NCBI GenBank assembly: GCA_965285935.1
Contig: OZ260666.1
Span: 43,586,001-43,650,000 of the forward strand
DNA length: 64,000 nt
Direction of reading: 5' to 3'
Source: Ophelia neglecta
Taxonomy: Eukaryota
Positions within the stretch are counted from its first letter, which is position 1, and each line of letters begins with the position of its first letter. The notes beneath the pieces were generated by a model, which was not told where the DNA came from, searched no databases, and saw nothing but the letters and a program-made list of their open reading frames with translations. Below are positions 24,701-37,320 of this stretch, in pieces. The translations under genes were made by a program, and so were the position numbers.

Positions 24701-27535
24701 TGTCCCTTTCCTTCCGCGTGAAATGCGCCTTTGACCCAGAACAAGAGAAGGGCGCAGTAGTTCTTATTAATTGGCCAGATTGAATAATTGGTCTCCAATA
24801 CAAATGTAAAAAAAGGAAGGAGCAGATCCCACCTCCCTGGAATATATATGCTCTTTGACAATTATTTACTACCGAGCGTGACTTCTAATTCGTATATTAT
24901 TGTTCATATAATGGGCGAGTTTTCTAGTTTTTTTTTACATTAGAAGTTCGATAGCAGGTCTAGCCTTGTTGATTTGCCATCCAAGCGTCCTGCGCCCACT
25001 TCAAGGAAGTTCAAGCAGCCTGAAGAAGGAAGACTCGAACACAGACAGGGCAATGAGGCGCCAAATGCCACATAAATAGAAATTCAATACCATGCAGCAG
25101 TAATCCAATTTATGAGAAAATGATATTTCTCCTCGTGATTCACTTGGAAGGAGGAGGTACTAGAAATCACTTTCGCGAGGAAAGATCTCGGCCCCCGGTC
25201 CACTTTGAAATAACCCTCCGGCTGAGCGACTCTGATCTCTTACGTTGCATTACTTAGTTTAATCAGCAAATATGCAGGAAACAAGAACGTATTTGCTAGC
25301 CCCACCCCCACCCCAGATATTATACCAGATAGGTCCGGATAGTGCCTATTGGGGGCGTGGGATGGGGGGGGGGGGGGGTGTTAATAAAACAGCCCACAAA
25401 TAGAAGCAAACTGATTTTGAGGTATTTAAGCGAAGAAAGTCATTCGCATTTTCAACCGTTTCTCATTATGGACTAAAGTAGAACAAAAACACCGTATCTT
25501 GCTCATCTGCTAATCCTATGAAGTTTATGTAAACAGGCTTTTCCTCCCAAGTTTTATGATATTTTCATAGTTAGGCCTAAGTTAGATCTGGGATTTTCAT
25601 GAGGACGGCGGAAGGTAAGGGTGTGGGCTGTATGGGCCAACACTTAAAACAGTGCAGATGCCAGCTGAATTCAATCTACGTATGAGGTGTTCAATGGGGT
25701 AATGCTATATGTACATTACTCTCTCCTAGTCCCTGGCCACGTACCATCCTTAACCTTGTATCGCTCATTTCGTCGATAAAGATTATATCTTTGCATTCAC
25801 CGGTTTCATTTTTTTTACATCTATATAGATTATTGCAATTTACTGTCCTCTGTAGTGTGCAAGTAATTATCCATATCATTGATGTATTGACATAAAAGTT
25901 ATTAAAACCGATCATCTTCGTGCATTTGCGCTTGGTATATAAGTATTATTAAGCGTTAGTAATAATATTAATTCATGCGTTTTAATAACTTATTTCGTCT
26001 CATTCTCGTTCAGGGGTATGGATTGTAGCAACGGATTCCATAGATGTATTTGCGTCTCACCCGGGCGCCGGCAGTGCAGGCACATTTCAGGTTCATCCTA
26101 TGTCTGATCTTGGAAAAAACTATGTCCTTCTGACGGGGCAGCAGCCACCACAACATGTATCCATAGCAGCAATGTATAACGACACCACTGTGAAAATCAC
26201 AAAACTTAAACAGATATCTGCTACAGGGGATGATGGATTAACACCAAAAATCGATGAATACTCTCTTAATTTTCGGTTATCTTACCTTGAAACCCACACG
26301 ATGAAGTTTGAATCGGATCTTCAAGTGATGAGAATCTCTGCTAGTAAGAACATATCGGTCTTGAGCTTTGCAGAAAATGGCTCAAAACTCGTGACATCTG
26401 TTGATCATTTGACATGTTCGAGAACTGTAATGCCGATTTCAAAATGGGGAAAGTCTTTTTTCACAATGCCGCTAACAACTGGACAGGATCCAGGAAGTAT
26501 CTCCATCATAGGTTTGTGTTTTGTTTGAAAAATCCAACGTAAATATCAGATTTAAACACCAATGATAAAAAATAGGCCCTAATACATGCGAGTTCTGATA
26601 TTGTTCCTGTATGTACATGTAAATGTGCCGGGTTTTCGTTTGATAATTTGATATAATGTGCATGTCTGTCATATTGAGACAATTTGTCAAGAAAACCCCA
26701 GTGTGCTATTCATTTACTGTATGTTTCAGCACAATCAGACAACACAAGTATCGCAATTCAGAGCGCACAAGGGGAGACTCGTCTCAACCTCGCTGATAAT
26801 GAGGTTATCCACATGCTTATCGAAGGGTGTGATTCCGTTTTTGTCAATTCAACTAACCAGGTGCTGCTCTCTCAACATTTTGCTTACTCCGATGGACTGA
26901 CAAATGGAACCACCATGTGGCTTCAAATAGAACCGATGGAAAAGTGGACGAATCACTACAAATTCGAATCGCCACTTACTACCATAGTTTTTCTTATTGC
27001 CCATTTTGATGTTGCTCATGGGCTGCTTTTAGACGATCAGCCGTTTAATGCGAGTTCCCATGGTCCTGTATCGGCATCTAATACGAATTATACACTATAT
27101 AAACTAACTCTGGAGGCAGGAAACCATTCTGTTGGACACTCGTCAACTAATGTGAGCTTTTTTGCACTTGAGGTGCCGCCATCGCCATGTTTTTGTTGTG
27201 AACGACAGTCAACAGGGTGCACTCGATTAGACATAAATACGTCCGGAACAGAAGAGCCATATCAGATTGGGTATGTTGTTCTAGATGAAGATGTTACAAC
27301 AAAAGTACAATTCCACGTAGAAGCTGATCAAAACGGAAGGGTTATCAATTTCCACGAAGCAGATTCTTTTCGGACTGAAGATATCGGTTTGAGTGCAGCG
27401 GTGATAGCCGTGATCGTTTCTCTGAGCAGTGCGCTCTTCTTTGTCATCGTCTGCCTTCTAGGCTTCGTTCTCGCAGAAGTCTCGTGTCGACGAGAGGCAT
27501 ACAGTACGTCTAAAGTATCGCCTGTGGGAAACTGA
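21666..27535 (+). CDS. Spliced gene (4 coding exons, 1653 nt, 550 aa): IgGFc-binding (FCGBP N-terminal-like) domain type I membrane glycoprotein
   Basis: join(21666..21783,24300..24530,26014..26511,26730..27535) gives one stop-free frame with canonical GT-AG introns, all phase 1. FCGBP-N-like motifs: KGVWIVATDSIDVFA, FQVHPMSDLGKNYV, VMPISKWGKSFFTMP, IIAQSDNTSI, IEPMEKWTNHY, LEAGNHSVGH. There is an N-terminal hydrophobic segment and a C-terminal TM helix. Confidence 0.88.
23321..23405. repeat. Perfect 41-bp direct repeat (period 44) in intron 1
   Basis: aaggtgttcatgccgcagcgagggaaactatataatttagc at 23321 and 23365. Confidence 0.95.
24300..24530 (+). CDS. Coding exon 2 (GTFAYENHRYMVTFPSYN...GPGVEIK)
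   Basis: Acceptor tttgtctactcccag|, donor AAG|gtgaga; 231 nt, phase 1-1; lies within ORF 24269..24610. Confidence 0.88.
24988..25190 (+). repeat. Old interspersed repeat family A, copy 1
   Basis: Shares aagactcgaac...tgaggcgccaaatgccaca..aatagaa...gtaat...tgat.tttc with about 38046-38250 and 42894-43022. Confidence 0.75.
26014..26511 (+). CDS. Coding exon 3 (GVWIVATDSIDVFASH...DPGSISII)
   Basis: Acceptor cattctcgttcag|, donor ATAG|gtttgt; 498 nt, phase 1-1; overlaps ORF 26100..26528 in the same frame. Confidence 0.9.
26730..27535 (+). CDS. Coding exon 4 (terminal): rest of the IgGFc-binding domain, Cys cluster, stalk, TM helix (27383-27475), cytoplasmic tail
   Basis: Acceptor tgtatgtttcag|; lies within ORF 26684..27535. 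TM segment IGLSAAVIAVIVSLSSALFFVIVCLLGFVLA followed by EVSCRR; TGA at 27533-27535. Confidence 0.92.
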
Positions 27536-28430
27536 ACTTGTAAGGCAATTTGAAAGTATAGACTGCATTGGAATGTCTGGGAGTTAATTCATTCTCAAGT
27601 GCACGAAGAAACAGCAGGTTTCTTTAAGGCTTACCCTCCAGAGGGCAGGGATGGCTGCCCCTCTTGCTTTTTTCAGACGATTGTTTCCGGTGTCACTCTT
27701 CCATAGGCCTCTAGGATAGTTCTTTTTTGTCCTTTGTATAAATAGCTAAGTGGACAAAATTTAAATGAGTGGAACTACAAATGTTAACACGTATACAAAG
27801 CCAAAAGTAGTGCATTTTGACGGAACGACATAAACACGCTTTGAAGGTCGGCCTTGCACCTTATGATCTATTGTCTCTTCATAAAGAGTAATTTCGATAT
27901 TGAATTTCTGATATCTGCTCTGAGATGCAGCCTGTGGGTATATAATAATTTGACACAATCAGTAGAACATTCCCAGGGCTGGGGATAACTACCCCCCTTA
28001 TGTAGGTTGCCTCTTTAACCGGTTTTAAGTAAGTAGGCTATTCCACAACACAACGTTCTGTTCATCCGTCCTTGCACTCCAGTTTTATTAAAGCGCCAAA
28101 TGGGCCAATTCCTACTAATGTGCATAAACGTATACAATAACATACTGCGGCTTATTAAATAATATACAAAACATGTTGTAAACAACTAGTCGAACTTGCA
28201 ATGCCTATCTTATCCAATTTCGAAACTCGATAGAGAGATCTAACTTGTTTTTGAAGAAGTCAAAGCATTTCTTCGATTAACGCAATTAAGAGCAAGTGTA
28301 TTTCTATTTATTTGTATACTTTTTCATTAACAAATTTATCTTTAATATATGACGTGGAAAGAGGACTTAACTAGGTTCACTGCACTACTAGTTGAATTGG
28401 CGCATTTCAAAGACACACAAAATGTATTAA

Positions 28431-28436
28431 AATAAA
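28431..28436 (+). terminator. Candidate polyadenylation signal (AATAAA) for the IgGFc-binding gene
   Basis: First canonical AATAAA noticed after the stop codon; an ATTAAA variant is at 28087-28092. Such hexamers are common in AT-rich DNA. Confidence 0.25.
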
Positions 28437-29767
28437 GTAGGTTATAATTTTCATGTTGAATGGAGAAAATGTCGACTGGTCTAAAATTTTATCAATGCCA
28501 TTAATAAGAGTAGGAATATCAATATGTACCTAGAAGACAAGAACAAATTCCTTAAAAAACTTTTTAAAATGGCATTTTTGTAGGACAAAAACTTATGGTT
28601 TTGAAACTGTATTCCTTATTTTGTGGGTTCCATTCAAAACGGTAATTGATTTTGTAGTAAGGTCGCTGTAAACATGTGCTTACCCTCTTTGCGTCCTCTA
28701 GCCAGGTTATCTGCAGGGATGTGGTCACAAAGGGCGTCGATTGTAATCTGATCAAAGCCATTCTATTCTTCCTACTTACATGGTCTTGATGTATACCCAC
28801 TTACATAAGAGCACCATATCTGATATAATACAAATGGTGCTTTAAGCCCCCAGTTATGAAGTTTTCGAAAACTCTAGAGTACCCAAGAACACGTTCCTTG
28901 TTCATCTTGTGTTGTCGTTTTGTCTCTTATACCTCGAAATATTAATGAATGACATTATAAGGAAAGTCGTTACATTAATTTTGTCGCTGAAACAGCATAT
29001 TCAATTTACCAGACCACACAGAGCCGTCAAGAGATCGGCAAAAAGGACTGTTCCAATAGAGTAATGGAATGTGATATGTCGTTATGTTCCCCGAGCATAT
29101 AGGCTTCTGGCTGGGAAGGATGTTAATGGGACAGGCAAATATTGCCATCCATGTAGTCTAATCTTCAACGATTTCTATTGTTAAAATGTTATGTGTTGAA
29201 CGAACATTTGCTTTCAATTACTATAGATCTGAAACATTTCAGATTATTTCATTATACCTAGACGAGGGTTGGGGTTCTAAAGCTACATTAAGGTCTACAA
29301 ATAAAAAAATGACCAAGAAAATGACTGACCAAAGTAAACATAATCGGTGAAAAAAAAACAAGATTGGCGAATATTTACCAAACAATTATATCAAAGACAA
29401 AAGTGCCCCTAAATGACCCGGTGGGAAAAATTAATCGATAGTACTGGTTCCATCAGCATTCTTTATTAGGTGTTGTCCATGTGCCAAGTCATTATACAGA
29501 AATACGTTGCCTTATTCATTTTACCTGTACTTTTAATGACCGTTAACCTTTTGCAGTTAGGCCCTTCGACACCTATTTATTCCGAATGGGCGGTTTAAGC
29601 TGGAGCTTATGAAGAACAATATCAAAGCCTTAGGAGATATTATAGTTATCTTACAACTTGTCGGAACACTCATCAACCACACGAATGTAATAATTGTTAC
29701 TGATGATGAGACCCTGGGGCACAGTCGTGTTTCTTTATTTGATAAAAGGACGTTGTATTTTGGTATT

Positions 29768-30095
29768 GTCGAGTATCGAGTATGAATGTTCGAGTAATGA
29801 GTATGAGAATTCGAGTTTCGAGTATGAAATTCCAGTTTCACTTCGAAAATTCCAGTTTCGAGAAGGAAAGTTCGAGTATGGAGTAGAAGAGTTCGAGTAT
29901 GAACTTCGAGTGTGGCGAAAAGCATAGATGAAATTTATAAGTGATATATATAACTTAAAGATATTTTATGAATTAACCGTTCTTGACACATTTCATGCAA
30001 CATGTCATAAGTTGTGTGTTACTAATATTAGAGTTTCGAGTATGAAAGTTAGAGTTCGAGTTAGAACTCTCGAGTTTCGAGTATGAATATCGATG
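29768..30095. repeat. Degenerate TCGAGT(AT/TT) minisatellite, two blocks with roughly 7/14/21-nt periodicity
   Basis: Many tcgagtatga, ttcgagt and ttccagtttc units at about 29768-29915 and 30030-30095. This repeat explains the spurious EYE/HTR ORFs. Confidence 0.85.
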
Positions 30096-31157
30096 CTCCG
30101 TGTGTTCAATATTAGGATCAAGATTCTGACATCGCGCCCCGCCAAAAGTAAAAAAAAGTTATGCGGGATTTGAATTCTATTATTCTCGCCAAAGCGCCAA
30201 AGCCAGCTATGCTGGGTGTTCGTTTCATGGAAAATATCAGCTATGCCTACATTGGGTTTCGTTTTTCACACAAAAATCAGCTTCCTTACCCACTCGATGA
30301 TAAGTAACAAACCGGAAAAATATGAAGATTTATGAAGATTTATGATGATTTATCCTTAGTTATTGGCATGTCATAGTTTCCCTTATATGGATATCCGGTT
30401 AAAACATTTGGTTTTTGTTCAATACCTTTTCATTATTTAGGCAGTTTTTTAATAGATAATAATTGAAGAAGATACCGCTGTATTAGACATATAGTTCTAC
30501 CTCGCATTATAAGAATCGTTTCAATCTTCTGCCTATGATAAGAAGATCCTTTCCCACACCGTGAGTTGTATACCTTCCTTTTGTCATTCAGAATTGTAGG
30601 GTTTCTTGCGTATATCGAACAACATCATTGAGCAAAGGATTGCCTGCTGTGGAATCTGGTGATCCAAATTGCTGTCCGCATACGGCAATCTCAATTATTT
30701 TGTCCCTTCTACATGAAATGCTCCATTTCCCGTGAATCTTACAGATATGTCATCATCATTTTCCCTCGATATTACTATAGCATCTTGGCGCAATGTATGG
30801 CAATCAATTTTATGATGCCTCAACATTCTGAACTACCATCATCAGAACGCCGGGCTCTCACACGAACAGGTATACATCTATTACCACGCATCACAGGACG
30901 ACGCTCAGCCAGTGTAGGCGGTATTCAATTTCAGAACATCATTTCCTGAGCACATATTCCTTTGGTGAAATGGATGAATAGTTTTCTATTCCCAGTGACT
31001 GGTGACGCTTGTGGTATTACCAAGTCGAGTATGATTTACTGGCACTGAAATTGACGCTTAAGACCGCGGAAATATTTTTGGCTGACAACGCGGCAAGTCC
31101 GAATTGTGGCAGTGGAATATATAGATGCAGGCACATTGGGTTGTTTATGCCCTAAAG

Positions 31158-31290
31158 GATCCAATTATGAGGCTTTGATATGCCTCATTAGCTGTTAATC
31201 AAGTAAGACCGTCAGCTTCTCATCCCTTACAGCGGCGCGCGAGAAGAGCACTATAGCCTATTATTGTACTTCCGGCAGATTTCGATACTT
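31158..31290 (+). repeat. Interspersed repeat family B, copy 1
   Basis: atccaattatgagg....atatgcctcatta.ctgt ... tattattgt.ctt.cggcagatt.cgat is shared with 46557-46690. Confidence 0.7.
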
Positions 31291-31727
31291 TACACAAGAT
31301 TCACGATCCAGCTCTTGGCACTTTATCATCCAGCGCTGTTTATAAGCTTAGGACCTATAGGGAAACACAATATTTCTACTTGAAAGCAATTGGTTATAGT
31401 AGCTGGATGTATTTGTCAAAGATAATATGTATATTGGGCTGCGACTATCAGCTACAAAATATTCTCAAAGGCAAAAATATACGTCTCAAAGTTTGTTTGT
31501 TTGTTATTCAACGCAATATATTAGCATTGAAGCGTAGTTAATGAATCCTAGTTCGCAGATATAAAGATATTTTGACGAAAGTCACTATCGGATTTTGCGC
31601 CCCCTGCAGTGCATCCACAAATAATTTCATAAATTCCTATTAAACCTCTTTATATTCATCATGGAACCCAAAATGGGTTTTATTGTGTGACAGTGAAAAT
31701 ATGATAATTATAATTAGACTATATATA

Positions 31728-31905
31728 CAGTAAAACCTATGAATTGAGACCACCCAAGGGACTGTAAAATATTGGCCTGATTTTGGAGGTGGTCTGATTA
31801 GACAGGTTATTTTACATTGAAAGTTTCCAATATGGTCTTCATATTAGTGGTCTGAATTGCCAGGTGATCTGAATATAGAGGTGGTCTTTAAGGCAGATTT
31901 CACTG
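31728..31905. mobile_element. Tc1/mariner-pogo-type MITE (178 bp) in a TA-rich site
   Basis: TA|CAGTAAAACCT...GAGACCACC versus reverse complement of right end CAGTGAAATCT...AAGACCACC; TA flanks on both sides; internal gtggtct subrepeats. Confidence 0.85.
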
Positions 31906-34900
31906 TATATATATAGAGAGAGCGAAGTTTGAAACCTTAACACCATTATTGCGTCCCGACAGCCTTTACCTCCTAACAATTAATGAAAGATAACGTATTG
32001 TATCGTGTTGGTTAAAAAACATAATTATGTGAATAATTATTCGTGCTTATTGTTTTTCATGACTGAGATAAAGTAATATTTTGTTTATTGTGGCTAATGC
32101 CGCGAGGTTATTTTGTTTAGATATCGGGTTAGAACATTGCCCTTCTTAATGTCCTTTCCTATAGTTTGGTTATTTACACACACTCGTAATGTTGTAACGA
32201 TGAAGAAGATAATGGTTAAGGCAAAAAAATATTCCTATATTCAATATAATCATTGCGTCTGGCGTATGGGGAAAATGCATTATTATGTCACCCGTGTCGT
32301 ATCGTGTACCACCTACCCATTACAAGCTCGAACAATTTAACAGTGTTTTGGGGCTCCAATATAACGCATGATCATACAATGACAACGAGTTTCCGGCTGC
32401 CGAATCCATTCAAACACAGTACTGATGTCCACATCCGGTTATTTCCAATTGTTTTCTGAAAATCTTCCAATTTGTCACGATTCTATCCCACTGGTCTTTT
32501 TATATCTGGGCATAAAATCCATTAACCTAAATAGGGTTTAAATCTGAAGATGACCCTAAATTCCAAACATTCAAAATTATAAACGCATCCTAAATTTTTT
32601 TATTACACATCAATTTCTTTCGAAAAACATTATGGTGCAAATCGCTTGTTTCAAACACACTTTTCATGTTGACGTCTTTTCCCAGATGCTCAAAGAGACG
32701 GTCATGGTTATATCAATATTATTTACTGCAAATGGTGTGGTCGCTTAAGACGTTGGAATGTGCCAATTTGCGTGACAGGCAAAACCAGGTTCGAACAGCT
32801 CTACTAACATAATACGTGGCTTTACTTTTTGTTTATACATTAGTATGCCTCATTGGATGAGCACCACGAACGATATCTGATTATTTTAAGGGTGACTGTT
32901 GTTTGTATAATACCTAGGCGCTGACTAACTCTAACTGCTCATCCCTAGCGAAGCAGACCGTTATGGTTGGTGGATTGTGATACTAGACACTTAATTTACT
33001 TAGCAAGCTCTGAGCCGATTAAATATGGTTAAAGGTAAAATATCGTTGTCTAGGAAAAGCAGCAATTTCTCTACTTAAAGGAATTTGAATATGAACTCGC
33101 TTTGATTTTATTTTACACAGTATATTGGTTGAGTAAGTTTAAGTGCCTATCCAATCTTCTCATGTGCAATCTTTTAAATCTTAACTAGCAAAAGCATGGG
33201 TTATGAAAAAAGATTACTTATAATATGTTTTTGGTTTCGAACAGTAATAATTAGGTTTTCTTTGTCTGAGATTACTTGCATCTCCCTCTCGTTGATGAAA
33301 CTGGGAGCTTCGACCGGTGCATTTATATGGTGCATAATGCTTCATGCTTCAGGCCAGAGGGCTTACCAATCTCTTTATCGAATTAAGGTCGGCCTCCTAT
33401 TATGGTCGATTGAAATAACAAATACCGGTAGTGCTGTTCTCTCAATGTGCAGTTAATTCCGATTGGCTTACAAATAGAATTGCTTGAAAAGTAGACACAT
33501 TATAACAAATCCGAAGTGACCAAAAACAACAATTTTATCTTATTGCCTTATAAATTGGACTTACATGTTAGTTATGGTTTGTCCGTTTTATACAAGTACT
33601 TACGATTCTTCATTTGTATCCGCTAATTCTACTTAATATAAACTACTGCTACATTGTGTAGGTCTTTGAGCAGGGTACTGGCTACAATGCCAACGTTATC
33701 TTTGCTATCCTGATCACACATGTACAGATCTATTACAACCGCAGACTTGGGTCCAGCCAAACAATCAGTATGTCAGAAACATCGAATGTGAAAAGTAAAA
33801 CATTTTTGAAAATTTGAAACACAATAGTTTGCAGTAAATGTTTCGTAGTGGAGGAATCGTGAAGTTTGATTCAAGTCAAGCTGTTTCGTCGCCTTCACTG
33901 AGACATGAGCTGTGTACTTACATGGAAGCATTAAAGAATAAAATACAATTATAATGTCTTTTCCGGAAATGCCAGACGTTGTTTTAAACTTAGTAGGCGC
34001 TTAATAACTACCAGACGTTTTATTATATATCAGATTTCATGATATAACAAAGACTAACGGAGAGCAAAATATATTTTTTTGTTTTAACACAACCAATTTA
34101 CCAAGAATACCATACAACGCCGGGAGCGGAAGTGATCTGCAAAGGTGATCAGTAAATTGGTATTCAGATTAGAAGTCCCGTTGTGCTCTTCGCGTCTGCT
34201 ATTTATCGATAAAAACATTTTATAAATTAAATATGGAAGATAGAACTTATTACTTGTTTTCTGTGGAGAACAATACGCATTTAAAACTTTGGCCATAGCA
34301 TTCGATTTTAAAAGGGTAGGCATATTCCCCACTATAGTCATATAAAAGGGGCGATAAGTTACATTTTAAATGATGCACTCAATCTGTGTTAATATAACAT
34401 TTAAAAGACAACTCAATGAGATATATTTCGTATTGCGTTCTTTATCCGGAACAGGCGAATTATATTCTTTTCAAACCCACACATGAGTAGGCGTCCTGTC
34501 ATCTTGTGTGTGAAATGCGGTATCCATATAGCGTATTGTATAGGTTTTCGTCCACACAGTAGGTGGGCACGATTACAATCAAGGTAATTTGAAAGGAGCT
34601 TGTAACAAATGAATAGCCTTCATTATAAATTCGCTTTTAATCTCTACATAAAACGAGTTAGCAAATGAGTTAGCAATAAGGTTGGGATTCAATTGTCAAC
34701 TGCACGACAATCATGCGCCATTCCATTCTTATTCCACATTTGTTAGCGATACATGATGATCCTTCCAAACACAGATTCTGTCCAATTTGCGTTACTGTTC
34801 ATTTTTCCCAAGCATTAAATAATGAACTCTACTTTCTACTCTACTATAATTTCATTAACACAGCGACAAAGTCCAAACTCTGATGTAGGGCTTTGGCAGA

Positions 34901-36023
34901 CACATTTAGTGATAACGTAAGGTGGCAGCCTTTATGTTATACCTAAACTTTTTTCAGAAGATACGTCGTATCTAATGGCTGCCTGACTAACGCATCTGTG
35001 TCCTTTTCTTGCCCAGCATGATGCACTGTTTTTTTTAACTATTTATAAATGCGCCAGCCATTTGCGCTGCATAGAAAACTCTTACAGAGCTCAGATTGTA
35101 ATGGAAAACGTAGAAGCTATGACAGCAGGCCTATTTGTGAGAGCGGGAGTTCTGAGACAGATTTTTTTTTAATGTCACAGCTGGCATTCCTCGTGGAAAC
35201 CAAAAACAATAAAGGTAATTTGATATGCGCATTTCATTTGCGAGAATGTGGCGAGACTGTGCCAATACAATAACGTATCCTAAGAAATGTCCAGACACTG
35301 ATCATAGAACACTAACTGAGCTGATAGGTGGAGCTATCGGCGCCAGCCCAGGGGAAGACCCAGCATGCTTTGCCTACATTTCATCATTTAATTGTGACTT
35401 ACCAACGATTCTTTATACTCCAACTGAGTGCAGGTGCAATAACTAAAGAATGCAAAAAATGGTCTTTTTCAGCCCAAAAAGGGTTGATTCAGGCAGCTAG
35501 GTGGGAATTTACCCAAATACACGTGTAATGCCACCAAGGACAGTTTAGAAAAGAAAGACAGACTCTGAACTTGAACCAGTTTTTAGTATCTCTCATCTAA
35601 TAAGTAACAGACTTACGATTTCAGTAACTTTCCGGGGTAACTGTACTATGGTCAATACCAAAACGACTAATTATAATAGAGCTAAACCGTAGTATTTGAA
35701 CATAATATAAATTATTTTATATGAGAAACAATGACACACAATACTATGACTTTTTAATCAAGAAAAAAATATTTCTAACGCTGGATAGAATTATCTATCA
35801 TTATGCATAATTGCTCTTGGCCATGCGAAATAAGCAGTTATGTTGGATATAGGATCATATTGGACTTTCTGTAAACTTGGTGATTATAACAAATTGAGCT
35901 GGGTAATAAGTTCATCTTTTGGGTATTTGTGGAGGCTCGATGAGACGGCGAAATAGATCTGCTCTCTTCTCCTGCCGTTAGTTAAATGTCATCATTCACA
36001 AATAACAGTTAGATTTCATTACA

Positions 36024-37320
36024 TTTTTTTCAAGTGCTTTATTCACCCAAGAATAAATTTATAGGTCAAGCAAGTAGGTTCAATATTATACAAATAAATA
36101 TAACAATACATAATTCATTTGACAATAACCTACAATAACCTAGGATCAACAAGGATTGGTATATACCCTCATAAAACATAGCTTCAAAATAATACTTTAG
36201 AAAAGTGTAAAAAGCAAAGTATCAGGTAATAAAATAAACAAATGTATACAGTATGGAATGAGGCTAGAGCAAAGTAAAAGTTAAGCAGTTAATCATTACA
36301 GATTTGGTATTTCTGAGCAATGCACAATACCAAATACAAAATTCCAGATCACTTTACTCCTAAAATTAACTGTTTTCGTTCACAAGTGACTATTTACTAA
36401 AAAGAAAATGATGTTTTGCCTTCTGTCTTGTTTGATATAAGTGGTATGAGTTAAGGGTAATAAGTCATAAAAAATTGGAGGCAAAATAAACTTATGGGAA
36501 TTCAAACATTAAAACAGGGACACGATATGTTTAAATATTTGCCAAAGTTGGTCAAATAGGCCAGCTGTTTGAGCATCATACCCTACAGATGATATGAGGC
36601 GCACTGCTCTTTTCTGAGAATTCACAAAAATCTTGCCATTATCGGTCCAGGCACCGCCAATAGCAACCCTCGAAACATCGGTCTGAGCCTTTGTTAGTCA
36701 TTTTCTGAATGACATATTCCTCTTTGTTTAGTCATCGAAACTCAAAATACGCGGCTTCAGGTCGGTAAGATGTTGCATGTCTTTCATGACTAGGATTTTC
36801 GAAGCTATCTAGTTGAACTAAATGAGACTATAATCATTGCAGATAATCACCGGTGGCTCATCTCGATTCTTCAAGGGCTGTCTTCTGGGTTAAATCCGCG
36901 CCATAGTCAATCCTCCGTAAAATTGTGCATCATTTTATCCTGGAAACACAGGAAATACATGGAAATACAGGCCTCAATACAGGACTAACCTTGTAGAATA
37001 ACCATTCCATGTATCTTTACCATGCTTTTTCGAGTCCACCCCGCTAAGTCATTTAAGTCAGCTGGAGTCTTAAGAAGATTTTCCTCGAGGGCAGATAGGG
37101 ATAAGATAGTATCCTGGATAGAATTAAATTTGGCATTGTTCGAAGTGGCTGATTCAGTTATACGCACCTCCAAGATTTCCCGCTTGCTTTGACCAGCTCA
37201 GTCATAGAGGACTGGTAAGACGACACTGATTGTGACACCGATTGGATGCCTTCGAAAAAAAGGAATATTAAGTCACTCGGACAGAGAGGACAGCATTCCA
37301 TCGTATTTATATCTGTTCTA
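36024..37320 (-). mobile_element. Internally deleted CR1/L2-group LINE: ORF1 relic joined to ORF2 C-terminus, 3' UTR and A-tail
   Basis: ORF1 motifs: coiled coil then NDLAGWTRKSMVKIHG (cf. dLEqysRr.nlri.G) and AWTDNGKIFV. These run directly into ORF2-end motifs SQKRAVRLISSVGYDAQTAGLF, FILPPIF, YQTRQ and IWN. AATAAA (36038-36043 on -) and A7 (36024-36030). The 5' boundary is uncertain. Confidence 0.8.

Noticed and set aside
29557-29927. ORFs with EYE/HTR periodicity on both strands
   Set aside because: Translation artefact of the TCGAGTATGA minisatellite.
35181-35214. 34-nt candidate micro-exon (cag|CTGGCA...TAAAG|gtaatt)
   Set aside because: No partner exons or recognisable product; such signal pairs occur by chance.
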